Source: an uncultured Prevotella sp. (GTDB lineage Bacteria > Bacteroidota > Bacteroidia > Bacteroidales > Bacteroidaceae). Taken from it: 64,000 nt of DNA. The stretch spans positions 26,629 through 90,628 of the forward strand of contig CAZKMT010000002.1 in assembly GCA_964554115.1 (NCBI GenBank), in the 5' to 3' direction. Positions 38,819 to 50,001 of this stretch are shown here, in pieces; position 1 is the first letter of the stretch; every line of letters starts with the position of its first letter. The notes below the pieces were generated by a model. That model was given only the letters and a program-made list of their open reading frames with translations. It was not told the DNA's origin and did not search any database. The position numbers and the translations under genes are program-made.

Positions 38819-39988
38819 TCATTTCCCTTTGGCCATGTAGTTATTGTCAGACTTTATGGTGATGCCGTTGCCACGTTTGGTGAACGTGAGCAGCTCCATC
38901 TTTATGGAGTGGTTGGCATAATCGAATATCTTTGCTGGGTCAAACGTAATGCCATTGATGCGGCACTCGAAGTGCAGGTGCTCCGTGGTGGCACGCCCCG
39001 TGCGCCCCGTGAGGGCTATCACCTGCCCCGCCCTCACAGTGTCTCCCTTGCTGACGAGGTTCTTGCTGTTGTGGCTGTAGCATGTCTCAATGCCATTGGC
39101 ATGTTTTATCTTGATGTAGTTGCCGTAGGCATAGTAACGCTGCGACATTGTTACCACGCCGTCGAAAGCCGCGTGTATCTCATCGTTGGGCTTCGTCTTC
39201 AGATCCACGCCAGTGTGGCGTCGTCCGTTGCGTATGCCGTAACGGCTTATCACCTTGCTGTCTTGCAGCGGATAGCACCATTCCCCTGGCGACAAGTTGG
39301 CAAGGTTTATGCTGAAATTGTCGCCGTCGGCAAAGGGGTCTATATCGAAGTCTATCTGTTTCTTCTGCTCTTCCTCGCCATCCGTGGCATTGCCGTCAGT
39401 GTTGGAATGCAGCACGCTGACGCTGACCAGCCGCCCGGCTTTCTTGCATAGTATGGTCTGGCGCAGCAGGCGGTGGTTTTCCGGGTTGAGCAGCGTCGCC
39501 GGGTTGATGCAGCCGCCGTTAACCATTATGGCAAATGTGCATCCGGCTTGCCCGTCGCGAGAGCCCACTACGGCTATGGTCTGGCCGGCCTCCACGTGCT
39601 GCCCCACGCTGACAAGGTTTTGCGCGTTGTTGCCATACACAGTTTCGAGGCCGTTGTCGTGGCGTACCACTATCACGTTGCCAAACGAAGAGATGTGACG
39701 CGCAAGGCGTACCGTGCCATCGAACATGGCCTTTACCTCATCGCCTTCGGTGGCAGTGATTTCGAGCATGTTGCCTTTCACCGCCTTTGCCTTGCCCACG
39801 GGCAACGGGAAGCAGTAGTCGGCAGGGCGCATCGTGGCAAAGTCGATGATGAAAGCGTCGGCTTTGTCAAACAGTCCCGGCGTGGGAACGCTTATTTGCT
39901 TTTGCTCCATCGGCGTAAAACTGTCGGAATATGCCGATGTCATTGTGACCACCACAATGGCCGCCGTGATAAGTTTCCTTAGTCCCAT
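38819..39988 (-). CDS. Secreted tandem M23 peptidase (degenerate plus intact domain)
   Basis: C-terminal domain HTGVD, YSHN, HLHFE; N-terminal domain has YGNN and no HxH. Confidence 0.88.
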   Translation of the reverse strand: MGLRKLITAAIVVVTMTSAYSDSFTPMEQKQISVPTPGLFDKADAFIIDFATMRPADYCFPLPVGKAKAVKGNMLEITATEGDEVKAMFDGTVRLARHISSFGNVIVVRHDNGLETVYGNNAQNLVSVGQHVEAGQTIAVVGSRDGQAGCTFAIMVNGGCINPATLLNPENHRLLRQTILCKKAGRLVSVSVLHSNTDGNATDGEEEQKKQIDFDIDPFADGDNFSINLANLSPGEWCYPLQDSKVISRYGIRNGRRHTGVDLKTKPNDEIHAAFDGVVTMSQRYYAYGNYIKIKHANGIETCYSHNSKNLVSKGDTVRAGQVIALTGRTGRATTEHLHFECRINGITFDPAKIFDYANHSIKMELLTFTKRGNGITIKSDNNYMAKGK

Positions 39989-40796
39989 TCTCTCTTGTCA
40001 GTTTCCAATCTGTCACTCTTCCTGTCATTATCCCGCTGAAAATCCTCCCGCACGCGGAGCCGAGGCGGCGCGCCGAGAAGAAATCGTCGGCATGAGAGTA
40101 TGTGCATACGCCGGCCACATGGATGTTCGCATGCGCAAGGCCGGCCTCTGCCAGTTGCAGACGATTGCACTCCCAAAGGTCTACGTGCCACTTGTCGTAG
40201 CGGCGGCTTATCCGCTTCATGTCGAATCCCGCCGAGGCAAAGGCTTGCCACACCTCATCGCCCACCTCAAACCGCTCCAATGATATGGATGGCCCGATGC
40301 AAGCGCGAAGGTCGCGCGGCTGCGTGGCGTAGGCCGCCGTCATGGCGCGCACAGCCTTTGCCGCTATCATGGCCACTGTGCCGCGCCATCCGGCATGTAC
40401 GGCGCAACACGCATGGTGAGCAGCGTCATAGAGCAGGATGGGCACACAGTCTGCCGTCGACACCCCGACACACAAGCCCGACGCGCATGTCATTACAGCG
40501 TCAACGCCATCGAGCGTCTGTTCGCGCGAGGCGGCGGGCAATGCGGCAAACGTCTCGTCCACGACCCTCACTTCAGTTCCGTGGACTTGGCGGGGCATTG
40601 CGAGGTGGGCCGCGTCTATGCTGATTGTGCCGCATAGCAACGCGGCGTTCTTCTCCACGGACATTATGTCGTCGCCACAGTGTCGGTTAATGTTGAACCC
40701 ACCATAATTACCGCTGCCACAGCCTCCGTGGCGCGTGGTGCTGAAAGCCAGCACATCCGCCCCGAGGTCATAGCGGAGCAACTGCGGTTCAGACAT
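39867..40796 (-). CDS. pgeF: PgeF/YfiH (purine nucleoside phosphorylase, laccase-like) protein
   Basis: [48 protein letters not shown]. Confidence 0.92.
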   Translation of the reverse strand: MSEPQLLRYDLGADVLAFSTTRHGGCGSGNYGGFNINRHCGDDIMSVEKNAALLCGTISIDAAHLAMPRQVHGTEVRVVDETFAALPAASREQTLDGVDAVMTCASGLCVGVSTADCVPILLYDAAHHACCAVHAGWRGTVAMIAAKAVRAMTAAYATQPRDLRACIGPSISLERFEVGDEVWQAFASAGFDMKRISRRYDKWHVDLWECNRLQLAEAGLAHANIHVAGVCTYSHADDFFSARRLGSACGRIFSGIMTGRVTDWKLTRENGTKETYHGGHCGGHNDIGIFRQFYADGAKANKRSHAGTV

Positions 40797-41982
40797 TCAG
40801 TCCCTCCAAATCGTCGTATTCGTAATCGTCGTAATCATCGACGGAAGCGGCTGACGTCGTCCCGTCGTCGTCCACGAACACTATTTCGCCGTCTTCTCCC
40901 TCGGCGGCCAGTTCGGCGGCCACCGTGCCCATGTCCTTGTCGCGGTGCACGAGGGTATCTTCAGCGGTTATATCCTTCAGTTTGTTGCTCTCGCTATTGA
41001 GTTCTTGCCAGAGCATATCTTTCAGTTCGCTTAACCCCTGGCCGGTAACAGACGATATGAACACAACGGGAATATCTGTCGGCACCGTCTCGCCCAACAT
41101 GTCTATCAGCTCGCTGTCAAGCAGGTCGGCCTTGGTGACAGCCAGTACGCGGTGCTTGTCAAGCATTTCGGGGTTGAAGTTGCGCAACTCATTGAGCAGT
41201 ATCTCGTATTCGTGCTTTATGTCATCGGTGTCGCCCGGCACCATGAATAGGAGCAGTGAATTGCGCTCTATGTGGCGCAGGAAGCGAAGGCCGAGACCGC
41301 GCCCTTCGCTCGCGCCCTCGATTATGCCCGGAATATCGGCCATCACGAACGACTGGCGGTCGCGGTACTCCACGATGCCGAGCGAAGGTTCAAGCGTGGT
41401 GAATGGGTAATTGGCTATCTTGGGGCGCGCGCTCGACAGTGCCGAGAGCAGTGTTGACTTGCCGGCGTTTGGAAATCCCACAAGCCCCACGTCGGCCAGG
41501 AGCTTCAGTTCGAGTATGACGGTCATCTCCTGCATCGGCTCGCCAGGCTGCGCAAAGCGCGGAGCCTGGTTGGTGGCTGTGCGGAATTGGAAATTTCCAA
41601 GGCCGCCGCGCCCACCCTTGAGCAGCATGACCACTTGTCCGTCGCGTGACACGTCACAGATGTACTTGCCCGTCTCGGCATTGTAGGCCACCGTGCCGCA
41701 TGGCACATCGATGTAAACGTCCTTCCCGTCATTGCCGTGACACTTGTCACGACCGCCGTCGCCGCCGTGCCCGGCCCTTATGTGACGCTCGTAGCGCAGG
41801 TGGAGCAGTGTCCAATAGTTGTGGTTTGCGCGCAGGTAGACATTGCCGCCGCGCCCCCCATCGCCCCCATCGGGGCCTCCATTGGGCTGATATTTGGCGT
41901 GGCGCAGGTGCATGGAGCCTCTCCCACCCTTGCCGGAGCGACAGTATATCTTGACGTAATCTACAAAGTTGGATTCTGCCAT
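40789..41982 (-). CDS. obgE: GTPase ObgE
   Basis: [44 protein letters not shown], acidic tail. Confidence 0.97.
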   Translation of the reverse strand: MAESNFVDYVKIYCRSGKGGRGSMHLRHAKYQPNGGPDGGDGGRGGNVYLRANHNYWTLLHLRYERHIRAGHGGDGGRDKCHGNDGKDVYIDVPCGTVAYNAETGKYICDVSRDGQVVMLLKGGRGGLGNFQFRTATNQAPRFAQPGEPMQEMTVILELKLLADVGLVGFPNAGKSTLLSALSSARPKIANYPFTTLEPSLGIVEYRDRQSFVMADIPGIIEGASEGRGLGLRFLRHIERNSLLLFMVPGDTDDIKHEYEILLNELRNFNPEMLDKHRVLAVTKADLLDSELIDMLGETVPTDIPVVFISSVTGQGLSELKDMLWQELNSESNKLKDITAEDTLVHRDKDMGTVAAELAAEGEDGEIVFVDDDGTTSAASVDDYDDYEYDDLEGLNV

Positions 41983-41987
41983 CTGCC

Positions 41988-42563
41988 TTATTGTAAGTTG
42001 TCTATGACCGAACAGATGTCGGCAAAGATACGGTCGAGGTCGCCGAGCCCATTGATGTGGTGGCGGATTCCCTCCTTCTCGTACCACTCGATGAGCGGCG
42101 CCGTCTGGCTGTGGTAGACGTCAAGGCGCTTCTTTATTGTCTCTTCGTTGTCGTCGGAGCGTCCGCTCTCGCGCCCTCTGTTGAGCAAGCGCGCCATGAG
42201 TTCGTCTTCCGGCACGTCAAGTTCTATCATGGCGGCCACCTTGTGTCCCCGCTCTCCAAGCATGGCTTTCAGGGCTTCGGCTTGCGGTATGGTGCGTGGG
42301 AAACCGTCGAAGATTACCCCTTGGTGGTCGCTGCCGAATTTGTCGTAGACGCTTGCCAATATGCTTACCATCAGTTCGTCGGGTATCAGCTGTCCGTTGT
42401 CGATGTAGCCCTTGGCCGTCTTGCCCAGTTCGGTGCCGTTTTTCATCTCGCTTCGCAGCACGTCACCCGTGGAAATGTGTCCCAGTCCGTATTTCTTTAT
42501 TATGAAATCGCTCTGTGTTCCCTTGCCGGAACCGGGCGCGCCGAATATCACTATGTTCCTCAT
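41988..42563 (-). CDS. adk: Adenylate kinase
   Basis: [26 protein letters not shown]. Confidence 0.97.
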   Translation of the reverse strand: MRNIVIFGAPGSGKGTQSDFIIKKYGLGHISTGDVLRSEMKNGTELGKTAKGYIDNGQLIPDELMVSILASVYDKFGSDHQGVIFDGFPRTIPQAEALKAMLGERGHKVAAMIELDVPEDELMARLLNRGRESGRSDDNEETIKKRLDVYHSQTAPLIEWYEKEGIRHHINGLGDLDRIFADICSVIDNLQ

Positions 42564-42639
42564 CTTGTTGTCTTTATTTGTTGTTTGTTTTGTCGTGTTG
42601 TGCTTGCGGCAGTCCTCTCATGCTGACTTTCCCATGCCG

Positions 42640-43182
42640 TCAGGCATCGCCTTTCAGCGTGTATATGTCGCGCAGCTGCCTGCCTTGCTGGTTGTAATCA
42701 AGCCCATAGCCCACTATGAAGTCATTGGGAATCTTGAATGCCACGTAGTCTATGTCGAGAGGCACTTCCAGTCTGTCGGGCTTTTGGAGCAAGGTGCAGA
42801 TGTGCACGGAAGCGGGATTGCGCGTTCCGAGGCTTTCTGTCATCTGCTTCAAGGTGTGCCCGCTCTCAACAATGTCCTCCACTATTATCACCGTGCGTCC
42901 CGATAAGTTTTCGTTGATGCCAATGACCTCTTTCACCTTGCCGGTGGATGTGGTGCCCTGATATGACGCGAGCTTCACAAACGAAATCTCGCATGGTATG
43001 GTCAGTTCCCTCATCAGGTCGGCGGCAAAGACAAATGCGCCATTGAGCACCGCCAGCAACAGCGGGTTCTTGCCCGCCATGTCGCGGTTTATGTCTTCCG
43101 CAACGGCCTTTACGCGCCGCTTTATTTCCGTCTCCCTAATTGAGGTCTCAAACAGTTTGTCATGGATTTTGACTATTCCCAT
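42640..43182 (-). CDS. hpt: Hypoxanthine phosphoribosyltransferase
   Basis: VLNGAFVFAADL, VEDIVESG, FIVGYGLDY; -7 element at 43207-43214. Confidence 0.95.
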   Translation of the reverse strand: MGIVKIHDKLFETSIRETEIKRRVKAVAEDINRDMAGKNPLLLAVLNGAFVFAADLMRELTIPCEISFVKLASYQGTTSTGKVKEVIGINENLSGRTVIIVEDIVESGHTLKQMTESLGTRNPASVHICTLLQKPDRLEVPLDIDYVAFKIPNDFIVGYGLDYNQQGRQLRDIYTLKGDA

Positions 43183-43271
43183 CTTTGGATTTTAGATATT
43201 TTGTCGCAAAATTACTAAAAATCTGCCAAAGCATACCCATCGGTTAGCATTAATTTTGTATTTTTGCACGT

Positions 43272-44789
43272 ATGAAGATTTTCACCAACGTCCAGATGCG
43301 CGAACTGGACAAATATACGATAGAGCACGAACCTGTGGATTCCATTGACTTGATGGAGCGTTCGGCAGAGGCCATTGTGCGCTCGATAGTGGAAGAATGG
43401 AACGACTCGGTGCCCGTGGTGGTGTTCGCCGGGCCAGGAAACAATGGAGGCGACGCACTGGCCGCAGCCCGGATGCTGGTAGAGCGAGGCTATGAAGTGA
43501 CGGCATACCTGTTCAACACAAGTGGCCATCTGTCAGAAGATTGCGCCACCAATAAAGACAGGCTGGTTTCCATGAAACGCTTGAAAGGCTTCTTTGAGGT
43601 GACACAGGAGTTCGACCCACCGCAGCTTGAGAAAGGAATGCTGGTAATCGACGGCCTCTTTGGCTCCGGACTCAACAAGCCCCTGTCGGGCGGCTTCGCC
43701 TTGCTCGTGAAGTATATCAATGCTTCGGCGGCCTCGGTGGTTAGCATCGACTTGCCGTCGGGGCTTATGGCTGAGGACAACACAGGCAATATCAGTGCCC
43801 ACATAATATGCGCCGACCTCACGCTCACGCTCCAGGCACCGAAGCTGTCGTTCCTCTTCGCGGAGAACCAACAATACATCGGCAGGCTGAAAGTGCTTGA
43901 CATACACCTCAGCGAGAAGGGAATGGCCATGATTGACGCACGCTACCGCATAGTGGAAGAGGCCGAAGTGCGCCCACTTGTCAAGGGACGCAATGACTAT
44001 TCCCACAAGGGAAACATGGGCACGGCACTGCTCGTGGCGGGCAGCCAAGGCATGGGCGGAGCGGCCGTACTGGCTGCGCGCGCCTGCTTGCGCTCCGGTG
44101 TGGGCAAGGTGGTGGTTCACACGCCCAAGTGCAACAACCTATTGCTGCAGCTGTCGGTACCGGAAGCCGTGGTCCAAGCGGATTCCGACGAAGCCGTTTT
44201 TTCCGAAGCCGTAGACACTCGAGACTTCAGCGCGTTGGGCATAGGCCCCGGACTGGGGCGTAGCGAGACCACGGCCATAGCCATGATCGGACAGCTGAGG
44301 CTCGCGCAATGCCCGATAGTGGCCGATGCCGATGTGTTCAACATTCTGTCAAACCACCGCGCATGGATGCAACAGCTGCCGAAAGGCATGGTGTTCACGC
44401 CCCACCCGAGGGAGTTCGACCGCCTGTGCGGCCACTGCGCCGATGGCTACGAGCGCATAGTCAAGGCGTGCAACCTGGCCGAGCGGCTCGGAGCCTACAT
44501 CATTATCAAGGGACATTATTCGGCTTTGTGTATGCCCGACAAAAGCGTGGCATTCAATCCCACTGGCAATGCGGGCATGGCCACAGCAGGCAGCGGCGAC
44601 GTGCTTACCGGCATAATAACCGCCTTGCTGGCCAGGGGCTACAAACAGGCTGACGCCTGCCTCGTGGGCATGTACCTGCACGGGCTGGCCGGTGACCTCG
44701 CCGCCCGCGACCTTGGCAAGGAAAGCCTTGTCGCCGGCGACATCATCAGGTATCTGCCACATGCTTTCCGGCGGTTCACCAACAGATAG
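43272..44789 (+). CDS. nnr: Bifunctional NAD(P)H-hydrate epimerase/dehydratase
   Basis: GPGNNGGD, DGLFGSG, HKGNMG, GPGLG, TPHPRE, ATAGSGDVL. Confidence 0.95.
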   Translation: MKIFTNVQMRELDKYTIEHEPVDSIDLMERSAEAIVRSIVEEWNDSVPVVVFAGPGNNGGDALAAARMLVERGYEVTAYLFNTSGHLSEDCATNKDRLVSMKRLKGFFEVTQEFDPPQLEKGMLVIDGLFGSGLNKPLSGGFALLVKYINASAASVVSIDLPSGLMAEDNTGNISAHIICADLTLTLQAPKLSFLFAENQQYIGRLKVLDIHLSEKGMAMIDARYRIVEEAEVRPLVKGRNDYSHKGNMGTALLVAGSQGMGGAAVLAARACLRSGVGKVVVHTPKCNNLLLQLSVPEAVVQADSDEAVFSEAVDTRDFSALGIGPGLGRSETTAIAMIGQLRLAQCPIVADADVFNILSNHRAWMQQLPKGMVFTPHPREFDRLCGHCADGYERIVKACNLAERLGAYIIIKGHYSALCMPDKSVAFNPTGNAGMATAGSGDVLTGIITALLARGYKQADACLVGMYLHGLAGDLAARDLGKESLVAGDIIRYLPHAFRRFTNR

Positions 44790-44816
44790 CTTACCCAACC
44801 ACATACGCAAATTAAT

Positions 44817-45890
44817 ATGAGAAAGTTTTTTATGGCGGGACTGCTCATGATTGGATGCGGAGCATGTGCCCAGACAGAAATAAGCACTTATAAGCCGGGA
44901 GTCACGACAGAGGGAGCTGTCTATTTCCTCCCCAAGACTGTGTTGCGCTTCTCCGTACTGGTTGAAAAAACCACTTATACGCCAGGCGACTTTTGCAAAT
45001 ATGCCGCAAGATACATGCGGCTGACGGATGTGAAAGAGGAGACGGACGTCAGCTACCGCATTATCGACATAGGGATGACGACATACGGCGAAGCCGACAA
45101 GACCAAGGCATACGCCGTCAAGTTCAATGCCAAGAGCGCCGCGTCAAACATATCACTGGCAAATGACGGCACTCTGCTGGCAATCAACGCCACCCCATCG
45201 AAGATTGTGCTCCCAGTGCCGTTTAAGTCAGCACCCAAACCGACACAACAAAACCCGCGCACCTACCTCAGTGAGGACGTGCTAACCGCCGGGAGCACCG
45301 CCAAGATGGCTGAGCTGACCGCGCAAGAGATATTCGAAATACGCGACAGCAAGAATTACCTGAACCGAGGCGAGGCCGACTACATGCCAAAAGACGGCGA
45401 GCAGCTGCGCATAATGCTGGCCAACCTCGACGAACAAGACCGCGCCTTGACGCAGCTCTTCACCGGAACCACGGTCAAAGATACCATGGAATACACCGTA
45501 ACGCTGTGCCCGCAGCGGGGCATGGAGCGGCAAGTGCTTTTCCGCCTCTCGCAGAAACGCGGCGTTGTGGACAATGACGACCTTTCTGGAGCACCTTATT
45601 ACATAACGGTTACCGATGAGCAGAACCTGCCCGAAATGTCGCCCGAGGCTGCCACCAACACCAAAAAGAAAGGCCGCGAAGACGGCATCTACGTAAACAT
45701 ACCGGGAAAAATCACCGTTACACTGTATCAGGGAGCCGGCGTCTACGATTCCTATGAGACGAGCGCAGCCCAATACGGATATACGGAGCTACTCAGTGGC
45801 GAGCTGTTCAACAAGCGGTTCACCACCCACCTCACGCTCAGTCCGGCAACCGGTGCCATAGAGAAACTTGACGCAGAGCAACCCAAGTGA
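44817..45890 (+). CDS. Secreted DUF4831-like protein
   Basis: Signal peptide; EGAVYFLPKT, YAARYM, GSTAKMAE, EIRDS...RGEAD. Confidence 0.72.
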   Translation: MRKFFMAGLLMIGCGACAQTEISTYKPGVTTEGAVYFLPKTVLRFSVLVEKTTYTPGDFCKYAARYMRLTDVKEETDVSYRIIDIGMTTYGEADKTKAYAVKFNAKSAASNISLANDGTLLAINATPSKIVLPVPFKSAPKPTQQNPRTYLSEDVLTAGSTAKMAELTAQEIFEIRDSKNYLNRGEADYMPKDGEQLRIMLANLDEQDRALTQLFTGTTVKDTMEYTVTLCPQRGMERQVLFRLSQKRGVVDNDDLSGAPYYITVTDEQNLPEMSPEAATNTKKKGREDGIYVNIPGKITVTLYQGAGVYDSYETSAAQYGYTELLSGELFNKRFTTHLTLSPATGAIEKLDAEQPK

Positions 45891-46306
45891 AGCCTTTCCG
45901 CAGGCATTCCTTACATGATGGCGAAGCCATTGTGACGGGAGTGCCTGCCGTCAGGTATGACCATCATTTTTCAGCAGCCACACTCTGGAGGAATGCCGCA
46001 GTGTGGCTGTGCTGTTTCATGGGGCGAACCATGAATCCGCACATTGCGCACGCTAATGGCGCATGTGCGGCATTGTTATGCAAGCAGGCCGCCACCGCCC
46101 GGCATCGCATGGGCATGTGATGGAGAACAAAGCCTAATGACACTTTAAATTGAAGAGAGAGCAATGGCGCATTGACAAGCAGCCCCACCCTAACAGCCTG
46201 ATTCTTATTTAGTTTTTGTTCACACTACAACACCTTTTCACGTTTTTTATCTTGCCGCTTTGGAATATTATTCGTACTTTAGCCGCACAATTCAAACTGC
46301 AATGAC

Positions 46307-47191
46307 ATGAAGAAGAGCATAATTATCGTGCTTTGCGCAGCCATGACACTCAGCGGTTGCGACACGTACACAGGGCAAGGAGCCATGACGGGCGCGACCT
46401 TTGGCACCATACTCGGCTCGGCCATAGGCGGCGCAGCAGGCGGCCCGCGAGGCAGAGACATAGGCACCGTAATTGGCATGGCAAGCGGAGCGGCTGTCGG
46501 GGCAGGCATAGGGTCGGCCATCGACGACGCAAAGCAAGAGCAGTATGACCAATACATGAGCTACCGCAGGGCGCGCTATGGCGACTACAACTATGGTTAC
46601 GGCAACGCCAATTCGTCGGGGAGCGCGTATGTGGCGTCACAGAATGCCGACGACGAGAGCGGCTTTGACCCCACGCACAGCGGCGATGACCGAATAGAGT
46701 TTGAGACTGCCGATGATGACGGGCAGCAATCGTATGAAGATGGAGTGTATACAGACTTAAGTCCGGATGCCGGCGAATCGTACACATTGTCGGTCAATGA
46801 GCTGAAAACGGCGTTGCCGGGCTACAAAACGGCCATCAACAAAGGCATAGTGGTGCGCAACGTAACCTTTGCCGATGGGAATGGCGATGGCGCGCTGAGC
46901 CGCCGCGAAAGCGGAAAGGTTACGTTTGAGGTCATGAACAATTCCGGAGTCACGATTTACGACGTTAATCCCATCGTGGTGGAAACCACAGGCAACAAGC
47001 ACATTCACATATCACCGCCGGTCAGAGTGGGAAGCATCGCCCCCGGGCGCGGCGTGCGCTACACGGCAACCGTATATGCCGACTCGCGCGTAAAGGATGG
47101 GATGATTGCCATCAAAGTGGCCGTCGTGCAGGGCGACCGCGAGATTACGTCGCAAGTGAAAGAGTTACGCATAGCGGTCAAGCGCAAATAG
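46307..47191 (+). CDS. Glycine-zipper lipoprotein with C-terminal Ig-like domain
   Basis: Lipobox LSGC; GATFGTILGSAIGG...GAAVGAGIG; DGNGDG motif. Confidence 0.8.
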   Translation: MKKSIIIVLCAAMTLSGCDTYTGQGAMTGATFGTILGSAIGGAAGGPRGRDIGTVIGMASGAAVGAGIGSAIDDAKQEQYDQYMSYRRARYGDYNYGYGNANSSGSAYVASQNADDESGFDPTHSGDDRIEFETADDDGQQSYEDGVYTDLSPDAGESYTLSVNELKTALPGYKTAINKGIVVRNVTFADGNGDGALSRRESGKVTFEVMNNSGVTIYDVNPIVVETTGNKHIHISPPVRVGSIAPGRGVRYTATVYADSRVKDGMIAIKVAVVQGDREITSQVKELRIAVKRK

Positions 47192-47280
47192 CGCAGCCGC
47201 AACGGCAACGAGGTGTGTCCGACAGGGCGTGCCGAGACTTTGCGGAAGTCCATCCGGCAGCGTCACAAGCTGTCGGTCAA

Positions 47281-47817
47281 TTATTGAGTCCCGTCATCTT
47301 TTGTTTCCTGCCGGTCGTCGTCGCCATTGTCTTCGTTCCGGTCGTTCATAGCTTTCATCTCGCTCCACGTAGGCCTCAGCAGGTCGTCCATGCCGGATGT
47401 CTGGAAGTCCAGCTCCAACAAATCCTCGTCATCGCTCGGCTTAAACGGCACGACAATCTTGTCGGCACGCACCACCTCCACCGTTGCCACACCCTGGACG
47501 AGTATGCCCAACTCCTTGGCCGCACGCCACGACAGGTCTATAATCCTGCCTCTGACAAAGGGGCCGCGGTCAGTGACGCGAACCACCACCGAGCGGCCAT
47601 TGGCCGGGTTGGTCACTTTAAGCATTGTGCCAAACGGATAGGTGCGATGGGCGCACGTAAGACTGTCGTGGTGCAGTCTCTCTCCGCTGCTCGTGCGTGC
47701 CCCGGTAGCTCTCTTTGAGTAATAAGAGGCTTTGCCACGCTGCACCTCCTGTGCTGCGAGCGCGGCAAAGCCACAAGCGACCAATACAAAAGTCAGGCGA
47801 ATCCTTCTGAAATCCAC
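47281..47817 (-). CDS. rlpA: Septal ring lytic transglycosylase RlpA family
   Basis: [30 protein letters not shown]. Confidence 0.92.
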   Translation of the reverse strand: MDFRRIRLTFVLVACGFAALAAQEVQRGKASYYSKRATGARTSSGERLHHDSLTCAHRTYPFGTMLKVTNPANGRSVVVRVTDRGPFVRGRIIDLSWRAAKELGILVQGVATVEVVRADKIVVPFKPSDDEDLLELDFQTSGMDDLLRPTWSEMKAMNDRNEDNGDDDRQETKDDGTQ

Positions 47818-47833
47818 TTCTCCTTAATATTGT

Positions 47834-49171
47834 TTATACTACGCCTTGTGCCATCATGGCATTGGCAACTTTCATGAATCCGGCTATGTTTGCGCCTTTC
47901 ACATAGTCCACGTAGCCATCGACCTCACGTCCGTATTTCACGCATTGGTCGTGGATGTTGTGCATGATGTAGTGCAGTTTGTCATCGACTTCGGCCTCGC
48001 TCCAGCTCAGGCGCATAGCGTTTTGCGTCAGTTCCAAGCCCGAAGTGGCCACGCCGCCTGCGTTGACGGCCTTGCCTGGAGCGAAAAGCTGCCTGGCTGC
48101 CACAAACTTTTCGGCAGCCTCGGCAGTGCATCCCATGTTGGAGACCTCGGCCACGCACAGCGGCTTGTTGGCCAGCAGCATGTCGGCATCGTGGCCGTCC
48201 AGTTCGTTTTGCGTGGCGCAAGGCAAGGCAATGTCACACTTCACCTCCCACGGCTTGCGCCCCGGACGGAACTCGGAGTCGGCAAACTCGTCGGCGTATG
48301 GGGCGCACACATCGTTGCCACTCGCACGCAACTCAAGCATATAGTCTATCTTCTCGTCGTCAAGGCCGGCGGGGTCGTAGATATAACCATCGGGACCTGA
48401 GATGGTTATCACCTTTGCCCCTAGCTCAACGGCTTTCTTTGCGGCTCCCCACGCCACGTTGCCGAAGCCGCTGATGGCTATGGTCTTGCCGTTCATGTCG
48501 TGGCCGTGGGTCTGCAACATCTGGTTGACGAAATACAGCGCGCCGTAGCCCGTGGCCTCGGGGCGTATGCGTGAGCCGCCCCACTCGAGACCCTTGCCCG
48601 TCAACACGCCGTTCCAGCGATGCGTCAGCTTCTTGTACATGCCGAAGAGATAGCCTATTTCGCGTGTCCCAACGCCGATGTCGCCGGCCGGGATGTCCTC
48701 TTCCGGACCTATCACACGATACAGCTCTGTCATGAACGACTGGCAGAAGCGCATTACCTCATTGTCGGAGCGGCCGCGGATGGAGAAGTCCGCCCCGCCC
48801 TTGCCGCCGCCCATGGGCAGCGTGGTCAGCGCGTTTTTAAACGTCTGCTCAAAGCCGAGAAACTTCAGTATGGACAGGTTGACAGACGGGTGGAAGCGAA
48901 GCCCGCCCTTGTAAGGGCCTATGGCACTATTGAATTGCACGCGGTAGCCGAGGTTTACGTGTACCTCGCCGCTGTCGTCCACCCACGGCACGCGAAACGT
49001 CACTACACGCTCAGGCTCCACTATGCGCTCTATAATCTTTGCTTTCTCAAACTCCGGATGACGGTTGTAGACGTCCTTCACTGATATGAGAACTTCCTTT
49101 ACGGCCTGCAAGTACTCAAGTTCGCCCGGATGCTTCTGCTCCAGTTCCTGCATTATTTTTTCCACTTCCAT
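47834..49171 (-). CDS. gdhA: NADP-specific glutamate dehydrogenase
   Basis: GPYKGGLRF, LPMGGGKGG, DIPAGDIG, RPEATGYG, GFGNVA; -7 element at 49230-49237. Confidence 0.96.
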   Translation of the reverse strand: MEVEKIMQELEQKHPGELEYLQAVKEVLISVKDVYNRHPEFEKAKIIERIVEPERVVTFRVPWVDDSGEVHVNLGYRVQFNSAIGPYKGGLRFHPSVNLSILKFLGFEQTFKNALTTLPMGGGKGGADFSIRGRSDNEVMRFCQSFMTELYRVIGPEEDIPAGDIGVGTREIGYLFGMYKKLTHRWNGVLTGKGLEWGGSRIRPEATGYGALYFVNQMLQTHGHDMNGKTIAISGFGNVAWGAAKKAVELGAKVITISGPDGYIYDPAGLDDEKIDYMLELRASGNDVCAPYADEFADSEFRPGRKPWEVKCDIALPCATQNELDGHDADMLLANKPLCVAEVSNMGCTAEAAEKFVAARQLFAPGKAVNAGGVATSGLELTQNAMRLSWSEAEVDDKLHYIMHNIHDQCVKYGREVDGYVDYVKGANIAGFMKVANAMMAQGVV

Positions 49172-49587
49172 AGTAAACGGTTTTTATAAAGGTTGAAAGT
49201 TGTTGTGTCATTATGTCATTTGGTCTCCACAAAAATAGACAAAATTCGGATTAACGCCAAGTAAAAAGGCGAAAAACTTTGTCTTTTTGCTTTCTTTTTG
49301 TTATGTCGCCTTGATTCCCTGAAGAGTGCGAAACGGCATTGGGCCGCGATGCGCCCGCGGAAGTCGCGCGAAATGGCGCGCCGCTCGCCACAGGGCATAG
49401 CATCCCGGACGGAACAAACGCGCGGTCGGTGTCGGCACTGACGGCCAATCCGGCATTGAGGCGACAAAGCCGGAACGGGAAAGTGCGCTGCCGGGATTCA
49501 CCTTTTAACATTTGATTTTTGCGCAAAATAGATGTCGCCGAGACGGAAAAAGCGAATGAAAACGCCTTGTTCGTGGCAACGCGGAAC

Positions 49588-49675
49588 GAAACATACCGTT
49601 TTACGCTGCGATATGGGCCGTTTGGCATTGCGATATGGTGCGTTTTGCGATGCGATACGGCCTGTTTCGCATCGT
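49588..49675. repeat. 22-bp-period array, copy D
   Basis: GAAACATACCGTTTTACGCTGC / GATATGGGCCGTTTGGCATTGC / GATATGGTGCGTTTTGCGATGC / GATACGGCCTGTTTCGCATCGT; about 43/54 nt ungapped match to copy B reverse complement. Confidence 0.8.
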
Positions 49676-50001
49676 TTTCATCTATACATTTACCTGTTCT
49701 ATCGCCATCTTGCGGATGTCTTGGGCAACGAGGCATTGCACTACCATTGCATATCGACAATTGATTACCTGACAATCAAGCCGTTAAGATTGCACGCCCA
49801 TTTTCGTGCCATTTGCGGACAAAGGCTTTGTTCTTTTGCCGGACGCGAATCTCGCAAGCCTTTTGTACCACGATGTTTAACGTTTTTAACCATTGATAAC
49901 CATGTGGATTGGCGTGCTTGCGGCCGGCGCGTTGAATCCAAAAAACAAACCCATTCGATGCGGAATCGCCCAAATGGAGAGCGTCACAGCCGGAAAGCAA
50001 T

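Noticed and set aside
49503-49527. dif-like site near copy D
   Set aside because: Each arm matches about 8/11 but they are 3 nt apart rather than 6.
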